Assembly: GCA_902578105.1 (NCBI GenBank)
Contig: CACHBQ010000003.1
Location: 3,492 to 67,491, forward strand
Length of the DNA: 64,000 nucleotides
Direction: 5' to 3'
DNA from: an uncultured Pelagibacteraceae bacterium
GTDB taxonomy: Bacteria > Pseudomonadota > Alphaproteobacteria > Pelagibacterales > Pelagibacteraceae
Part shown: positions 9,531 to 19,090 of the stretch, in pieces
Numbering within the stretch: position 1 is the first letter of the stretch
Layout: each line of letters begins with the position of its first letter
Notes under the pieces: generated by a model
What the model was told of the DNA's origin: nothing
The model's input: only the letters and a program-made list of their open reading frames with translations
The model's database searches: none
Translations under genes and position numbers: made by a program

Positions 9531-10907
9531 ATGATAGAAATTAAAAAACAATCCCTTTCAGAAACATTTTCAGTTTATTTCGATAAAAGAATGTTAAAAA
9601 TATTATTGCTTGGTGCTATCTCTGGTTTTCCTTGGGTATTAATAGGTAGTAGTTTAAGTTTATGGTTAAAGGAAGATGGATTAAGCAGATCTACAGTTGG
9701 TTGGGCTGGTCTTATATTTGCAGTTTATGCATTTAATTATTTATGGGCTCCTTTAATCGATCGTATTCAAATACCATACCTAACAAAAAAAATTGGACAT
9801 CGAAGAGGATGGATTGTCCTAATGCAGATATTAATCTTAATCTCCTTATTTTTGTGGAGTGTAATTGATCCTTCAGAAAATTTAGCCCTTGTAATATCAG
9901 TAGGTTTACTCATTGCAATTGCTTCAGCAACACAAGATATTACTGTGGATGCTTTAAGGATTGAGCAAATTAGCGAAAACGAGGGTAAATCAATGGCTGC
10001 AGGCGCAGCAATGGCTGTCGTTGGGTGGTGGAGCGGATATAAATTAGGCGGAGTTTTGTCATTGTTTTCCGCAGATTTTTTAGAAAATTTAGGTTTTCAA
10101 AATTATTGGCAACTAACTTTTTTAATCTTAGGAATTTTAATAATTCTAATGAATATTGGATTAATGTTTGTCAATGAAACTGACTCGACTGAAAGACAAA
10201 TTAATCAGAAAGAAAATGATCAATTAATTGCTGGTAAATTCCAAAATTCAAATTTTCTTACTCAAACTATAACTTGGATCAGTGGAACAATCAGTGGACC
10301 TATAATAAGTTTTTTTAAAAAAAATGGCTTTCAAATAGCTTTGGGGATCCTAGGGTTTGTTTTTTTATTCAAAGTTGGAGAGGCTTTTTTAGGGCGTATG
10401 TCTATTATCTTTTATAAAGAAATTGGTTTTAGTAAATCAGATATTGCTATTTACTCAAAAACTTTAGGATGGATAACAACTGTCATCTTCACTCTGCTAG
10501 GTGGGCTATTTGTAATAAGATCTGGTGTTTTAAAAGCAATGTTTTTAGCAGGAATTTTAATGGCGAGCACAAATCTATTGTTCAGTCTTTTAGCGTGGAG
10601 TGGTAAATCTGAGATACTATTTGCAATTGCTGTAATCTTTGACGACATTGCAGCAGCTTTTGCCACTGTTGCATTTGTTGCATTCATATCATTGCTAGTT
10701 GATAGAACTTACACAGCAACTCAATATGCTCTATTAGCCTCAATAGGTACTGCTGGAAGAACCACATTAGCATCATCATCGGGTGCTCTAGTTGATTGGC
10801 TTAATGGGGACTGGGGGGTATTTTTTATCTTAACTGCTATAATGGTAATACCATCTTTAATTATATTATGGATAATAAGAAATAAATTAAAGATTAATGA
10901 AAAATAA
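9531..10907 (+). CDS. ampG: AmpG-family muropeptide MFS permease
   Basis: SGFP, LWAPLID, RRGW, SATQDITVDALRI, TATQYALL. Confidence 0.9.
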   Translation: MIEIKKQSLSETFSVYFDKRMLKILLLGAISGFPWVLIGSSLSLWLKEDGLSRSTVGWAGLIFAVYAFNYLWAPLIDRIQIPYLTKKIGHRRGWIVLMQILILISLFLWSVIDPSENLALVISVGLLIAIASATQDITVDALRIEQISENEGKSMAAGAAMAVVGWWSGYKLGGVLSLFSADFLENLGFQNYWQLTFLILGILIILMNIGLMFVNETDSTERQINQKENDQLIAGKFQNSNFLTQTITWISGTISGPIISFFKKNGFQIALGILGFVFLFKVGEAFLGRMSIIFYKEIGFSKSDIAIYSKTLGWITTVIFTLLGGLFVIRSGVLKAMFLAGILMASTNLLFSLLAWSGKSEILFAIAVIFDDIAAAFATVAFVAFISLLVDRTYTATQYALLASIGTAGRTTLASSSGALVDWLNGDWGVFFILTAIMVIPSLIILWIIRNKLKINEK

Positions 10908-11652
10908 TTTTTTTTATAATTTTTCACTTGGAAATATAAATGCAAAACCTTCTAATAACTCTGAAACTTTATCGCAAATCTTGTATGGTGAAAAATTTAA
11001 GGTATTAAAAAATCAAAAAAACTGGGTTAAGATTAAAACTAATTTTGACAATTATATTGGTTATATTAAAAAAAATTATTTTTATAAAAATTTTAAGCCG
11101 ACTTTTAAGATAAAAAAAACAAAATCTAGAATATTTATTAAAAAGAAAAATAAGTTTTTACCAACAAAAAATTATCTTTTCTTTGCATCTGGCATATCGG
11201 TTTTAAATAAAAATAAAAGGCTAATTGAGTTTAAAAAGGACAGATGGATAAAAAAAAGTGATATTGTCAAAATTGATCATCTTGAAAAAGATTTTTTAAA
11301 AATAATGAAATTATTTAAAAGTAGTAAATATCTATGGGGTGGAAAAACATCTGATGGTATTGATTGCTCTGCTTTGATCCAAATTTACTTTTATTATAAC
11401 AGAATATTTTTTCCAAGAGATACAAAAGATCAGATAAAGTTTTGTAAAAGAAAAAAAGGTAAAAATTTAAGTAAAGGAGATATAATATTTTGGAAAGGAC
11501 ATGTCGGTATATGTTTAAGTAAGTCTAAATTTATTCATGCTTATGGACCAAAAAAGAAGGTGGTAGTAATGCCAACTAAACAAACAATTGAATTAATTGA
11601 TAAAACTGCAAATCTAAAAGTTAAAAAAGTAAGTAATATTGGTAATTATTAA
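10897..11652 (+). CDS. SH3b + NlpC/P60 cysteine peptidase
   Basis: SQILYGE SH3-like N-terminus; YLWGG, GIDCSAL, GHVG, IHA catalytic motifs. Confidence 0.88.
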   Translation: MKNNFFYNFSLGNINAKPSNNSETLSQILYGEKFKVLKNQKNWVKIKTNFDNYIGYIKKNYFYKNFKPTFKIKKTKSRIFIKKKNKFLPTKNYLFFASGISVLNKNKRLIEFKKDRWIKKSDIVKIDHLEKDFLKIMKLFKSSKYLWGGKTSDGIDCSALIQIYFYYNRIFFPRDTKDQIKFCKRKKGKNLSKGDIIFWKGHVGICLSKSKFIHAYGPKKKVVVMPTKQTIELIDKTANLKVKKVSNIGNY

Positions 11653-12545
11653 TCTCTACCAAAGTCAGGTTTATTTACATCCTGTTTTAATTTGATTATT
11701 TTAGACCTAACTTTTTTTGTTTGAATTAATTTTTTAAGAATTGATTTATTATTTTTTGAATTAATGTCTGTCTTAAAAGATCTTAAATTTTTGATAAATA
11801 TATCAATTGCTCTTGAAACATTTTTTCTATTATCAAAAAAAATGTCTCTCCACATAATTTCATTTGATGCAGCGATTCTTGAAAAATCTCTTAATCCACC
11901 TGCACTATATTTAATTAAGTCATATTTTTGCTTTTTCTCAAAATCTTGAGCTGATTTAACCAAATTGTAAGCTATTAAATGTGGTAAATGGCTTGTAATT
12001 GAAAATATTTTATCGTGTCTTTCCGCATTCATGATTACAGTTTTTGAACCCATTTTTTTCCAAAAAGAATTTAAAAATTTTAAATGTTTCATATTTATTT
12101 TCTTATTTTTAATCAATACACACCACTTATTTTCAAACAGATTTTCCTTACCATGCTCAGGGCCACTTACTTCTGATCCAGCTATAGGATGACTTTGAAT
12201 CCAGGATATTTTCTTTTTTAAATTTCTTTTGATTATTTCTGAAGATTCTATTTTTGACGAACCAACATCAGTAATAATTTGTTTTGAATTAAAATTATTG
12301 TTTAATCTTAATATCATCTTTTTGTATTCACTCATTGGCGTACAAAAAATAATTAGATTTGATTTTGCAACTACCTCTTGTAGTTTATTTACAAGAATTC
12401 CTGGCAACTTTAGTCTTTTGATCTTTGATATATTTTTTTTAGATTTTTCAAAAATGAAAATTTTTTTTGCTAATTTTTTTTTTGCAATTCTTTTTACTAA
12501 TGAAGATCCTAACAAGCCACAGCCGATAATGAGCACATTTTTCAT
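11649..12545 (-). CDS. tyrA: Prephenate/arogenate (cyclohexadienyl) dehydrogenase
   Basis: GCGLLG, TDVGS, HPIAGSE, SHLPH, GGLRDFSRIA. Confidence 0.93.
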   Translation of the reverse strand: MKNVLIIGCGLLGSSLVKRIAKKKLAKKIFIFEKSKKNISKIKRLKLPGILVNKLQEVVAKSNLIIFCTPMSEYKKMILRLNNNFNSKQIITDVGSSKIESSEIIKRNLKKKISWIQSHPIAGSEVSGPEHGKENLFENKWCVLIKNKKINMKHLKFLNSFWKKMGSKTVIMNAERHDKIFSITSHLPHLIAYNLVKSAQDFEKKQKYDLIKYSAGGLRDFSRIAASNEIMWRDIFFDNRKNVSRAIDIFIKNLRSFKTDINSKNNKSILKKLIQTKKVRSKIIKLKQDVNKPDFGRD

Positions 12546-13627
12546 TAATTAAATATTCCTTTTACTGCTCGCATAAATTTTAAATTATCTGTTTTTGATC
12601 CAATAGTTAATCGTAACATATTTTTTATATTGTAGCCATTTTCTGTTGATCTTAAGATAATTCCTTTCATCTTTAATTTTTCATAAAAATATTTTGCTTT
12701 AAATTTACATTTCTCAAAATTTAATAATAAAAAATTGGCCGATACATTATTTGAATTAATTCCATATTGGTTAAGAAAATTTTTCAATTTTTTTGCATAA
12801 ATAATATTGTGTTTAACTGAACGAGTTATAAACTTAGTATCCTTAAGAGACTCAATGGCAGCTTTTTGTGCTACCTCATTAACATTAAAAGGTGGCTTAA
12901 TAACATTCAGTGCTTTAATAATTTTTTTTGAACCATATCCCCACCCTACTCTTAGAGAGGATAAACCGTATATTTTAGAAAATGTTCTTAAAATAAAGAC
13001 ATTTTGTTTATTTTTAAATAATTTTAATCCACTTTTATAATCATTATTTTTCATATATTCTGCATATGCATCATCCACTACTAGCAGAATATTTTTTCTC
13101 AATTTTTTTCTAAGTTCTAAAAGCTCAGAACTTGTTAGGTATGTTCCAGTTGGATTATTAGGATTTGCTAAAAAAACAATTTTTGTTTTTTTTGAAACAT
13201 TTTTAATAATTTCTGGAATTGATACTTTGAAATTATTTTCTTTAGCAAAAATAACTTTTGCACCAACTATTTTAGCATAAATCCTGTACATTAAAAAACT
13301 ATACTGAGGAAGAATAACTTCATCCTTAGGATTCAAAAATAATTGACATAGCATTTGAATAACCTCATCAGATCCAGCGCCACAAATAATTCTATCTTCA
13401 TTGCATTTAAACTTTTTAGATATTTGTCTTCTTAAGGCATTAGACTTGCCATCTGGGTACCTAAAAAAACTTAAATTTTTATTAGACAAAATCTTTTTAG
13501 CCTTTGAGCTGACACCTAAGGCTGACTCATTTGCAGATAACTTTATAACTTGATGAAATCTCTTAAGACTGGATTTACCAGGCTCATAGGTTTCAATATT
13601 TAATTTCTTAAATCTCATGGTAGCCAA
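12545..13627 (-). CDS. hisC: Histidinol-phosphate aminotransferase
   Basis: LSANES, GSDE, NPNNPTG, DDAYAEY, RTFSKIYGL; alternative ATG at 13618. Confidence 0.93.
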   Translation of the reverse strand: MATMRFKKLNIETYEPGKSSLKRFHQVIKLSANESALGVSSKAKKILSNKNLSFFRYPDGKSNALRRQISKKFKCNEDRIICGAGSDEVIQMLCQLFLNPKDEVILPQYSFLMYRIYAKIVGAKVIFAKENNFKVSIPEIIKNVSKKTKIVFLANPNNPTGTYLTSSELLELRKKLRKNILLVVDDAYAEYMKNNDYKSGLKLFKNKQNVFILRTFSKIYGLSSLRVGWGYGSKKIIKALNVIKPPFNVNEVAQKAAIESLKDTKFITRSVKHNIIYAKKLKNFLNQYGINSNNVSANFLLLNFEKCKFKAKYFYEKLKMKGIILRSTENGYNIKNMLRLTIGSKTDNLKFMRAVKGIFN

Positions 13628-13702
13628 CTTTTATAAATTTTATGCTCTTTATAAATAAAAAAACATTTTTTTATATAGTTTAAGTGTAATTATTTTTAAA
13701 AA

Positions 13703-13731
13703 TTGACATACTAAATAACTTCTAGTACAAA
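13703..13731 (+). promoter_or_regulatory. Putative sigma70 promoter of metXW
   Basis: TTGACA-17 bp-TACAAA, which places +1 at the 5' end of the SAM-II aptamer. Confidence 0.65.
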
Positions 13732-13735
13732 ATTT

Positions 13736-13786
13736 ATGCGCTGATTTACCTGAATTGCGAGCGCTTTAAAAAAACCGCTAAAAAAG
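13736..13786 (+). ncRNA. SAM-II (SAM_alpha) riboswitch
   Basis: GCGCU(13738-42)/AGCGC(13760-64) stem, GAUUU loop, UUGC and GCUAAA(13777-82) pseudoknot elements; lies upstream of metX. Confidence 0.9.
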
Positions 13787-13821
13787 TTTTTTTTCTCACA
13801 ATTCAACTTTCAGCTTTTATT

Positions 13822-14946
13822 ATGAATATAAAACAAAATATAAAAACGTTAATTGTTGAAAAACCACTCAAATTAGATTGTGGTCAGACTATTAATAATT
13901 TTCCTTTAGCGTATGAAACTTATGGCTCACTCAATAATGAAAAAGATAACGCAATTTTAGTATTTCATGCTTTAACAGGTGATCAATTTGTAACAGGTAT
14001 AAATCCAGTGACCAAAAAGGATGGTTGGTGGTCTTATGCGGTAGGCTCTGGCAAGTCGATAGATACAGATAAGTATTTTGTAATCTGTGCAAATGTAATA
14101 GGTGGGTGTATGGGATCTTTTGGGCCTAGCCATGAAAATCCCAAGACAAAAAAAATTTACGGAACAGATTTTCCAGTCATCACAATTAATGATATGGTGA
14201 ATGCACAAATTAATTTGTTGGATTTTTTTGGAATAAAAAAACTTTTTTCAGTTGTAGGTGGTTCAATGGGTGGAATGCAAGTCCTACAATTTATTAGTAA
14301 TTATCCTGATAAAGCTAAAACAGCAATACCAATTGCTTGTACTTCAAGCCATTCTGCGCAAAATATTGCTTTTAATGAACTTGGCAGACAAGCCATTGCG
14401 GCAGATCATAATTGGTCTGATGGAGATTATAATTCAAAAAATATTGTACCCGATAAAGGATTAGCTGTAGCTAGAATGGCTGCACATATTACTTATCTCT
14501 CAAAAAAAGGGCTTCAAGAAAAATTTGGTAGAAAACTTCAAGAAAGAGATGATTTAAAATTTGGTTTTGATGCTGACTTTCAAATTGAAAGTTATCTTAG
14601 ATACCAAGGTTCGGTATTTGTAGATCGGTTCGATGCGAATAGCTATTTGTATATTACTAGAGCAATGGATTATTTTGATTTAGTAAAACAATTTAATGGA
14701 AATTTATCTGATGCTTTTAAAAATACAAAAGCGAAATTTTTTATAATATCTTTTACCTCAGATTGGCTTTATCCAACACAGGAAAATAAAGACATTGTAA
14801 TTGCCTTAAACGCAATTGGTGCAAATGTAGGTTTTGTTGAAATTGAGTCTGATAAGGGGCACGATTCTTTTTTGCTTAATGTCCCTGATTTCTTAAAAGC
14901 TCTAAAAAATTTTTTAGATAAATCTTATGCAGAAAAAAATTTATGA
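13822..14946 (+). CDS. metX: Homoserine O-acyltransferase MetX
   Basis: HALTGD, GGSMGGMQ, RFDANSY, GHDSFL. Confidence 0.95.
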   Translation: MNIKQNIKTLIVEKPLKLDCGQTINNFPLAYETYGSLNNEKDNAILVFHALTGDQFVTGINPVTKKDGWWSYAVGSGKSIDTDKYFVICANVIGGCMGSFGPSHENPKTKKIYGTDFPVITINDMVNAQINLLDFFGIKKLFSVVGGSMGGMQVLQFISNYPDKAKTAIPIACTSSHSAQNIAFNELGRQAIAADHNWSDGDYNSKNIVPDKGLAVARMAAHITYLSKKGLQEKFGRKLQERDDLKFGFDADFQIESYLRYQGSVFVDRFDANSYLYITRAMDYFDLVKQFNGNLSDAFKNTKAKFFIISFTSDWLYPTQENKDIVIALNAIGANVGFVEIESDKGHDSFLLNVPDFLKALKNFLDKSYAEKNL

Positions 14947-15539
14947 AACCAGAATATAAAATTATTTCAGATTTGATTGAGAAAGATGCAAAAGTTCTTG
15001 ATGTAGGATGTGATGATGGAACTTTAATGGAATTTTTAAAGACAAATAAAAACGCTAATATCAGAGGAATTGAGATTTCAAAAGAAAAAGTGCAAATTTG
15101 TATTGCTAAAGGGCTGACTGTTATTGAGGGGAATGCAGAATTTGATTTAAAACAATTTCCAAATGACTCTTTTGAGTATGTTGTTCTTGGACAAACTTTA
15201 CAAGCTTTTATAAATCCTGAGACTGTAATTAGAGAGCTTTTACGAGTTGGTAATAAAGCTATAGTAACTATTCCAAATTTTGGGCATTGGAAAGTAAGAT
15301 TAAATTTATTATTTAAAGGAACAATGCCAATTACAAACTCTTTACCTCATGATTGGTATAACACACCAAACATTCATATGTGCACGATAAAAGATTTTGT
15401 CAGATTTTCTAAGATTATTAACTTTAAAATTTTTAAATCTTTAGCGTTAATTAATCAAAATGTTTCTGATATTAACAAATCAAATCTTATTTTTAAAAAT
15501 TTATTTGGAGAACTTGGTATATTCTTAATAGAAAAATAA
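14943..15539 (+). CDS. metW: Methionine biosynthesis protein MetW
   Basis: VLDVGCDDG, PNFGHW, WYNTPNIH; ATGA overlap with metX. Confidence 0.93.
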   Translation: MKPEYKIISDLIEKDAKVLDVGCDDGTLMEFLKTNKNANIRGIEISKEKVQICIAKGLTVIEGNAEFDLKQFPNDSFEYVVLGQTLQAFINPETVIRELLRVGNKAIVTIPNFGHWKVRLNLLFKGTMPITNSLPHDWYNTPNIHMCTIKDFVRFSKIINFKIFKSLALINQNVSDINKSNLIFKNLFGELGIFLIEK

Positions 15540-16259
15540 ATGAAAATTGAAATTATTAAATGTCTACAGGATAATTATAGCTACTTAATTATTGATGAAG
15601 AAAATCAAACTGCTTGTGTTATTGACCCTAGCGAGTCTGCACCAATAATTAATTATCTTGATAACTCAAAAATAAATTTAAAATTCATACTTAATACACA
15701 TCATCATTACGATCATGTGGGTGGAAATATTGAATTAAAAAAAAAATATAATTCTAAAGTGGTTGGATTTATTGGAGATAAAAATCGTATACCTGAGATT
15801 GATATATCTCTAGAGGACAACCAAATATGGAAACAAGACAATTTTGAGGCAAAAATTTATCATGTTCCAGGTCATACATCTGGTCATATCGCTTTTCATT
15901 TTTTTAAAGAAAAAAAAATTTTCACAGGTGATACTCTATTCTCTTTAGGATGTGGCAGAATTTTTGAAGGCACCTACGAACAAATGTATAATTCACTCAA
16001 AAAAATTAAATCATTACCAAAAGATACAGAAATATATTGTGGCCATGAATACACTTTACAAAACTCAAATTTTTGTATCGCCAATGACTCTGGTAATTTA
16101 AAATTAAAAAATAAAATACTAGAGATTAACAAGAAACTTAAAAATGCATTACCAACAATACCAAGTACTTTAGCTGATGAATTAGAATGTAATATATTTC
16201 TTAAAGCAAAAGATTTAGAAAGTTTTTCAAAATTGAGAGATTTAAAGGATAATTTTTAG
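15540..16259 (+). CDS. gloB: Hydroxyacylglutathione hydrolase (glyoxalase II)
   Basis: DNYSY, THHHYDHVGG, PGHT, GDTLF, CGHEYT. Confidence 0.95.
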   Translation: MKIEIIKCLQDNYSYLIIDEENQTACVIDPSESAPIINYLDNSKINLKFILNTHHHYDHVGGNIELKKKYNSKVVGFIGDKNRIPEIDISLEDNQIWKQDNFEAKIYHVPGHTSGHIAFHFFKEKKIFTGDTLFSLGCGRIFEGTYEQMYNSLKKIKSLPKDTEIYCGHEYTLQNSNFCIANDSGNLKLKNKILEINKKLKNALPTIPSTLADELECNIFLKAKDLESFSKLRDLKDNF

Positions 16260-16268
16260 TTAATAAGC

Positions 16269-16296
16269 TTGACTAAAGAAATGCCCTGACTATATT
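16269..16296 (+). promoter_or_regulatory. Putative sigma70 promoter of rplU operon
   Basis: TTGACT-16 bp-TATATT upstream of rplU ATG. Confidence 0.45.
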
Positions 16297-16318
16297 GCCT
16301 GATAAAAAAATCTATTTT

Positions 16319-16717
16319 ATGTCATACGCAGTTATACAATCAGGTGGAAAACAATATAAAGTGAAGTCTGGTGAAATTTTAAAAATTGAAAAATTACCAA
16401 ATTCAAAATCCGACACTAAAATTGAGTTTAATGATATATTGGCATATGGGGATAATAAAGTAATAGAAATTGGTTCGCCAACAATTCAAGGTGCCAAAGT
16501 TGAAGCAAACCTAATAAAAAATAGTAAAAATAGAACTGTACTTATTTTTAAAAAGAGAAGAAGACAAAATTCAAGAAGAAAAAATGGTCATAGACAAGAA
16601 TATTCTATGATAAGAATAAATAAAATTTTTTCAAAAGATGGTAAGATTTTATCTGAGGCTGAGAAGATTTCTAAACCAACAAAAAAAGATTCTGAAAAAA
16701 AGGAATTGAGTAAATAA
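16319..16717 (+). CDS. rplU: 50S ribosomal protein L21
   Basis: YAVIQSGGKQYKV, KNGHRQ; ATG 16319 preferred. Confidence 0.96.
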   Translation: MSYAVIQSGGKQYKVKSGEILKIEKLPNSKSDTKIEFNDILAYGDNKVIEIGSPTIQGAKVEANLIKNSKNRTVLIFKKRRRQNSRRKNGHRQEYSMIRINKIFSKDGKILSEAEKISKPTKKDSEKKELSK

Positions 16718-16728
16718 AGGAATAAAAT

Positions 16729-16983
16729 ATGGCTACGAAAAAAGCTGGTGGATCATCAAGGAACGGTAGAGATAGTGCCGGTAGAAGACTTGGTGTAAAA
16801 AAATATGGTGGTCAAACTGTTATTCCTGGCAACATAATTGTTAGACAAAGAGGTACTAAGATATTTCCAGGAGAAAATGTGGGTATGGGTAAAGATCACT
16901 CAATTTTTTCAGTAATAAAAGGTAAAGTTGTTTTTAAAAAAACAAAATCCGATAGAACTTTTGTTTCAGTAAAACCCAATTAA
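16729..16983 (+). CDS. rpmA: 50S ribosomal protein L27
   Basis: [21 protein letters not shown]. Confidence 0.98.
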   Translation: MATKKAGGSSRNGRDSAGRRLGVKKYGGQTVIPGNIIVRQRGTKIFPGENVGMGKDHSIFSVIKGKVVFKKTKSDRTFVSVKPN

Positions 16984-17010
16984 TATTACAACTCAAAATA
17001 GCGTTGTATT

Positions 17011-17994
17011 ATGAAATTCTTAGATCAAGTAAAAATTTATATTAAAGCTGGCAATGGTGGTGATGGCTCTCCAAGTTTTAGAAGAGAAAAATTTATCGAG
17101 TATGGTGGACCAGATGGTGGCGATGGTGGTAAAGGTGGTTCAGTAATTTTAAAAGCTGAGAGAAATTTAAACACTTTAATCGATTTTAGATATCAACAAC
17201 ATCATAAAGCAAAAAGAGGTAACAATGGTTCTGGACAAAACCGGACTGGTAAAAGCGGAGATGATCTCATTCTCAAAGTTCCGTTAGGTACTCAGGTTTT
17301 TGAAGAAGATAATAAAACCTTAATTTTTGACTTTATAAAAGTTGGGGAGGAGTTTGTTGCTGCTGCAGGTGGTAAAGGTGGTTTGGGCAATACTAGATTC
17401 AAAAGTTCAACAAATAGAGCTCCAAGAAAATTTACTAAGGGTACTCGAGGTGAAGAATTTACTATATGGCTTCAATTAAAAACAATTGCGGATGTTGGAA
17501 TAATAGGATTACCTAATGCTGGTAAATCAAGCTTACTAGCAGCTATTACTAATGCTAATCCTAAAATTGCAAATTATGAATTTACAACATTAAATCCTAA
17601 TCTTGGTGTGGCAAGCTATGATGATAAAGAAGTTACAATTGCAGACATTCCCGGATTAGTAGAGGGAGCGCATAAGGGAACTGGTTTAGGGATACAATTT
17701 TTAAAACATATAGAGAGGTGTAAATCTCTTTTACACATGATCGATATCACAAACGATGATATAAAAAAAAGTTACAACCAGGTAAAAAAAGAATTAAAGA
17801 GCTATAGTTCTAAACTTGCAAAAAAAAGAGAGCTTATTGTTTTAAATAAAACTGATTTAATTGATGATAAAGAAATGAAAAAAATTGAGAAAAATTTAAA
17901 GAAAATCACTAAGTCAGAAATTATCACAATTTCCACAATAAAGAAAAAATACATTTCCAAAATTAAAGCAAAATTAGTTGGTTATGCATCTTAA
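17011..17994 (+). CDS. obgE: GTPase ObgE/CgtA
   Basis: Gly-rich Obg domain, GLPNAGKS, DIPG, NKTD. Confidence 0.97.
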   Translation: MKFLDQVKIYIKAGNGGDGSPSFRREKFIEYGGPDGGDGGKGGSVILKAERNLNTLIDFRYQQHHKAKRGNNGSGQNRTGKSGDDLILKVPLGTQVFEEDNKTLIFDFIKVGEEFVAAAGGKGGLGNTRFKSSTNRAPRKFTKGTRGEEFTIWLQLKTIADVGIIGLPNAGKSSLLAAITNANPKIANYEFTTLNPNLGVASYDDKEVTIADIPGLVEGAHKGTGLGIQFLKHIERCKSLLHMIDITNDDIKKSYNQVKKELKSYSSKLAKKRELIVLNKTDLIDDKEMKKIEKNLKKITKSEIITISTIKKKYISKIKAKLVGYAS

Positions 17995-19090
17995 AAATTC
18001 AAAAATTATAGTAATAAAAATTGGATCATCACTGATTGTAGATAATAAAAAAAAGATAAGAAAAAAATGGCTTTCTTCCTTCGCTAAAGATATTAAAAAA
18101 CTAAAATCTAAAAATAAAAAGATTATCATTGTAAGTTCTGGAGCAATTGCACTTGGATGTAAAAAGATGAATTACAATAAATCAAATTTAAAACTTGATA
18201 AAAGTCAAGCAATAGCCTCTGTAGGTCAAATTGAACTTATGAATTTATTTTCTCAAACTTTTTCAAAATTAAAGATTAATATTTCACAAATTTTGTTAAC
18301 TTTGGATGATACCGAGGAGAGAAGAAGATCGATAAATGCTAAAAGGACATTTGAGAACTTATTTAAGTTGGATTACATACCCATCGTTAATGAAAATGAT
18401 ACAATTGCAACATCAGAAATAAAATATGGTGATAATGATAGACTTGCATCTCGTGTTGCACAGATAACTAATGCCGATACTTTAATATTATTATCCGATG
18501 TAGACGGTCTTTTCACAAAAAATCCAAAATTATTTAAAGACGCAAAATTAATAAAAAAAGTGAATAATCTAGACAAAGATATGAAAAAAATTTACATAAA
18601 AGGGGTAACAGAGTTTGGTAAGGGTGGGATGAATACCAAAATTGAAGCTGCTAAGATTTGTAATTTGGCAGGATGTAATATGATTATTGCAAACGGATTA
18701 TATTTAAATCCAATACAACAAATTGAAAAAAAGAATATTTGTACTTTATTTGAGTCAAGAATATCTAAATTACATGCAAGAAAAAAATGGATAATAAGTT
18801 CTATTTCACCAAAGGGGACTCTTGTCATAGATGATGGTGCTAAAAAAGCACTAGTTGGTGGTAAAAGTTTATTGGCAGCAGGGATTATTAATTTATCAGG
18901 GAAATTTAACAAAGGTGATCATATAAAGATTCTAGATATTAAAAATAAAGAATTTGCGAGAGGTCTAAGCTCTTTTTCTTCTGAAGAAATAAATAAGATA
19001 ATGGGTTGTCACTCAAATGAGATTGAAAAAAAACTTGGATACATAACAAAATCTGAAGTTGTTCATAAAGATGATATGGTCGAGGTTTAA
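17984..19090 (+). CDS. proB: Glutamate 5-kinase with PUA domain
   Basis: KIGSS, VSSGA, NENDT, GDNDRL; ATG 17984. Confidence 0.95.
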   Translation: MHLKNSKIIVIKIGSSLIVDNKKKIRKKWLSSFAKDIKKLKSKNKKIIIVSSGAIALGCKKMNYNKSNLKLDKSQAIASVGQIELMNLFSQTFSKLKINISQILLTLDDTEERRRSINAKRTFENLFKLDYIPIVNENDTIATSEIKYGDNDRLASRVAQITNADTLILLSDVDGLFTKNPKLFKDAKLIKKVNNLDKDMKKIYIKGVTEFGKGGMNTKIEAAKICNLAGCNMIIANGLYLNPIQQIEKKNICTLFESRISKLHARKKWIISSISPKGTLVIDDGAKKALVGGKSLLAAGIINLSGKFNKGDHIKILDIKNKEFARGLSSFSSEEINKIMGCHSNEIEKKLGYITKSEVVHKDDMVEV

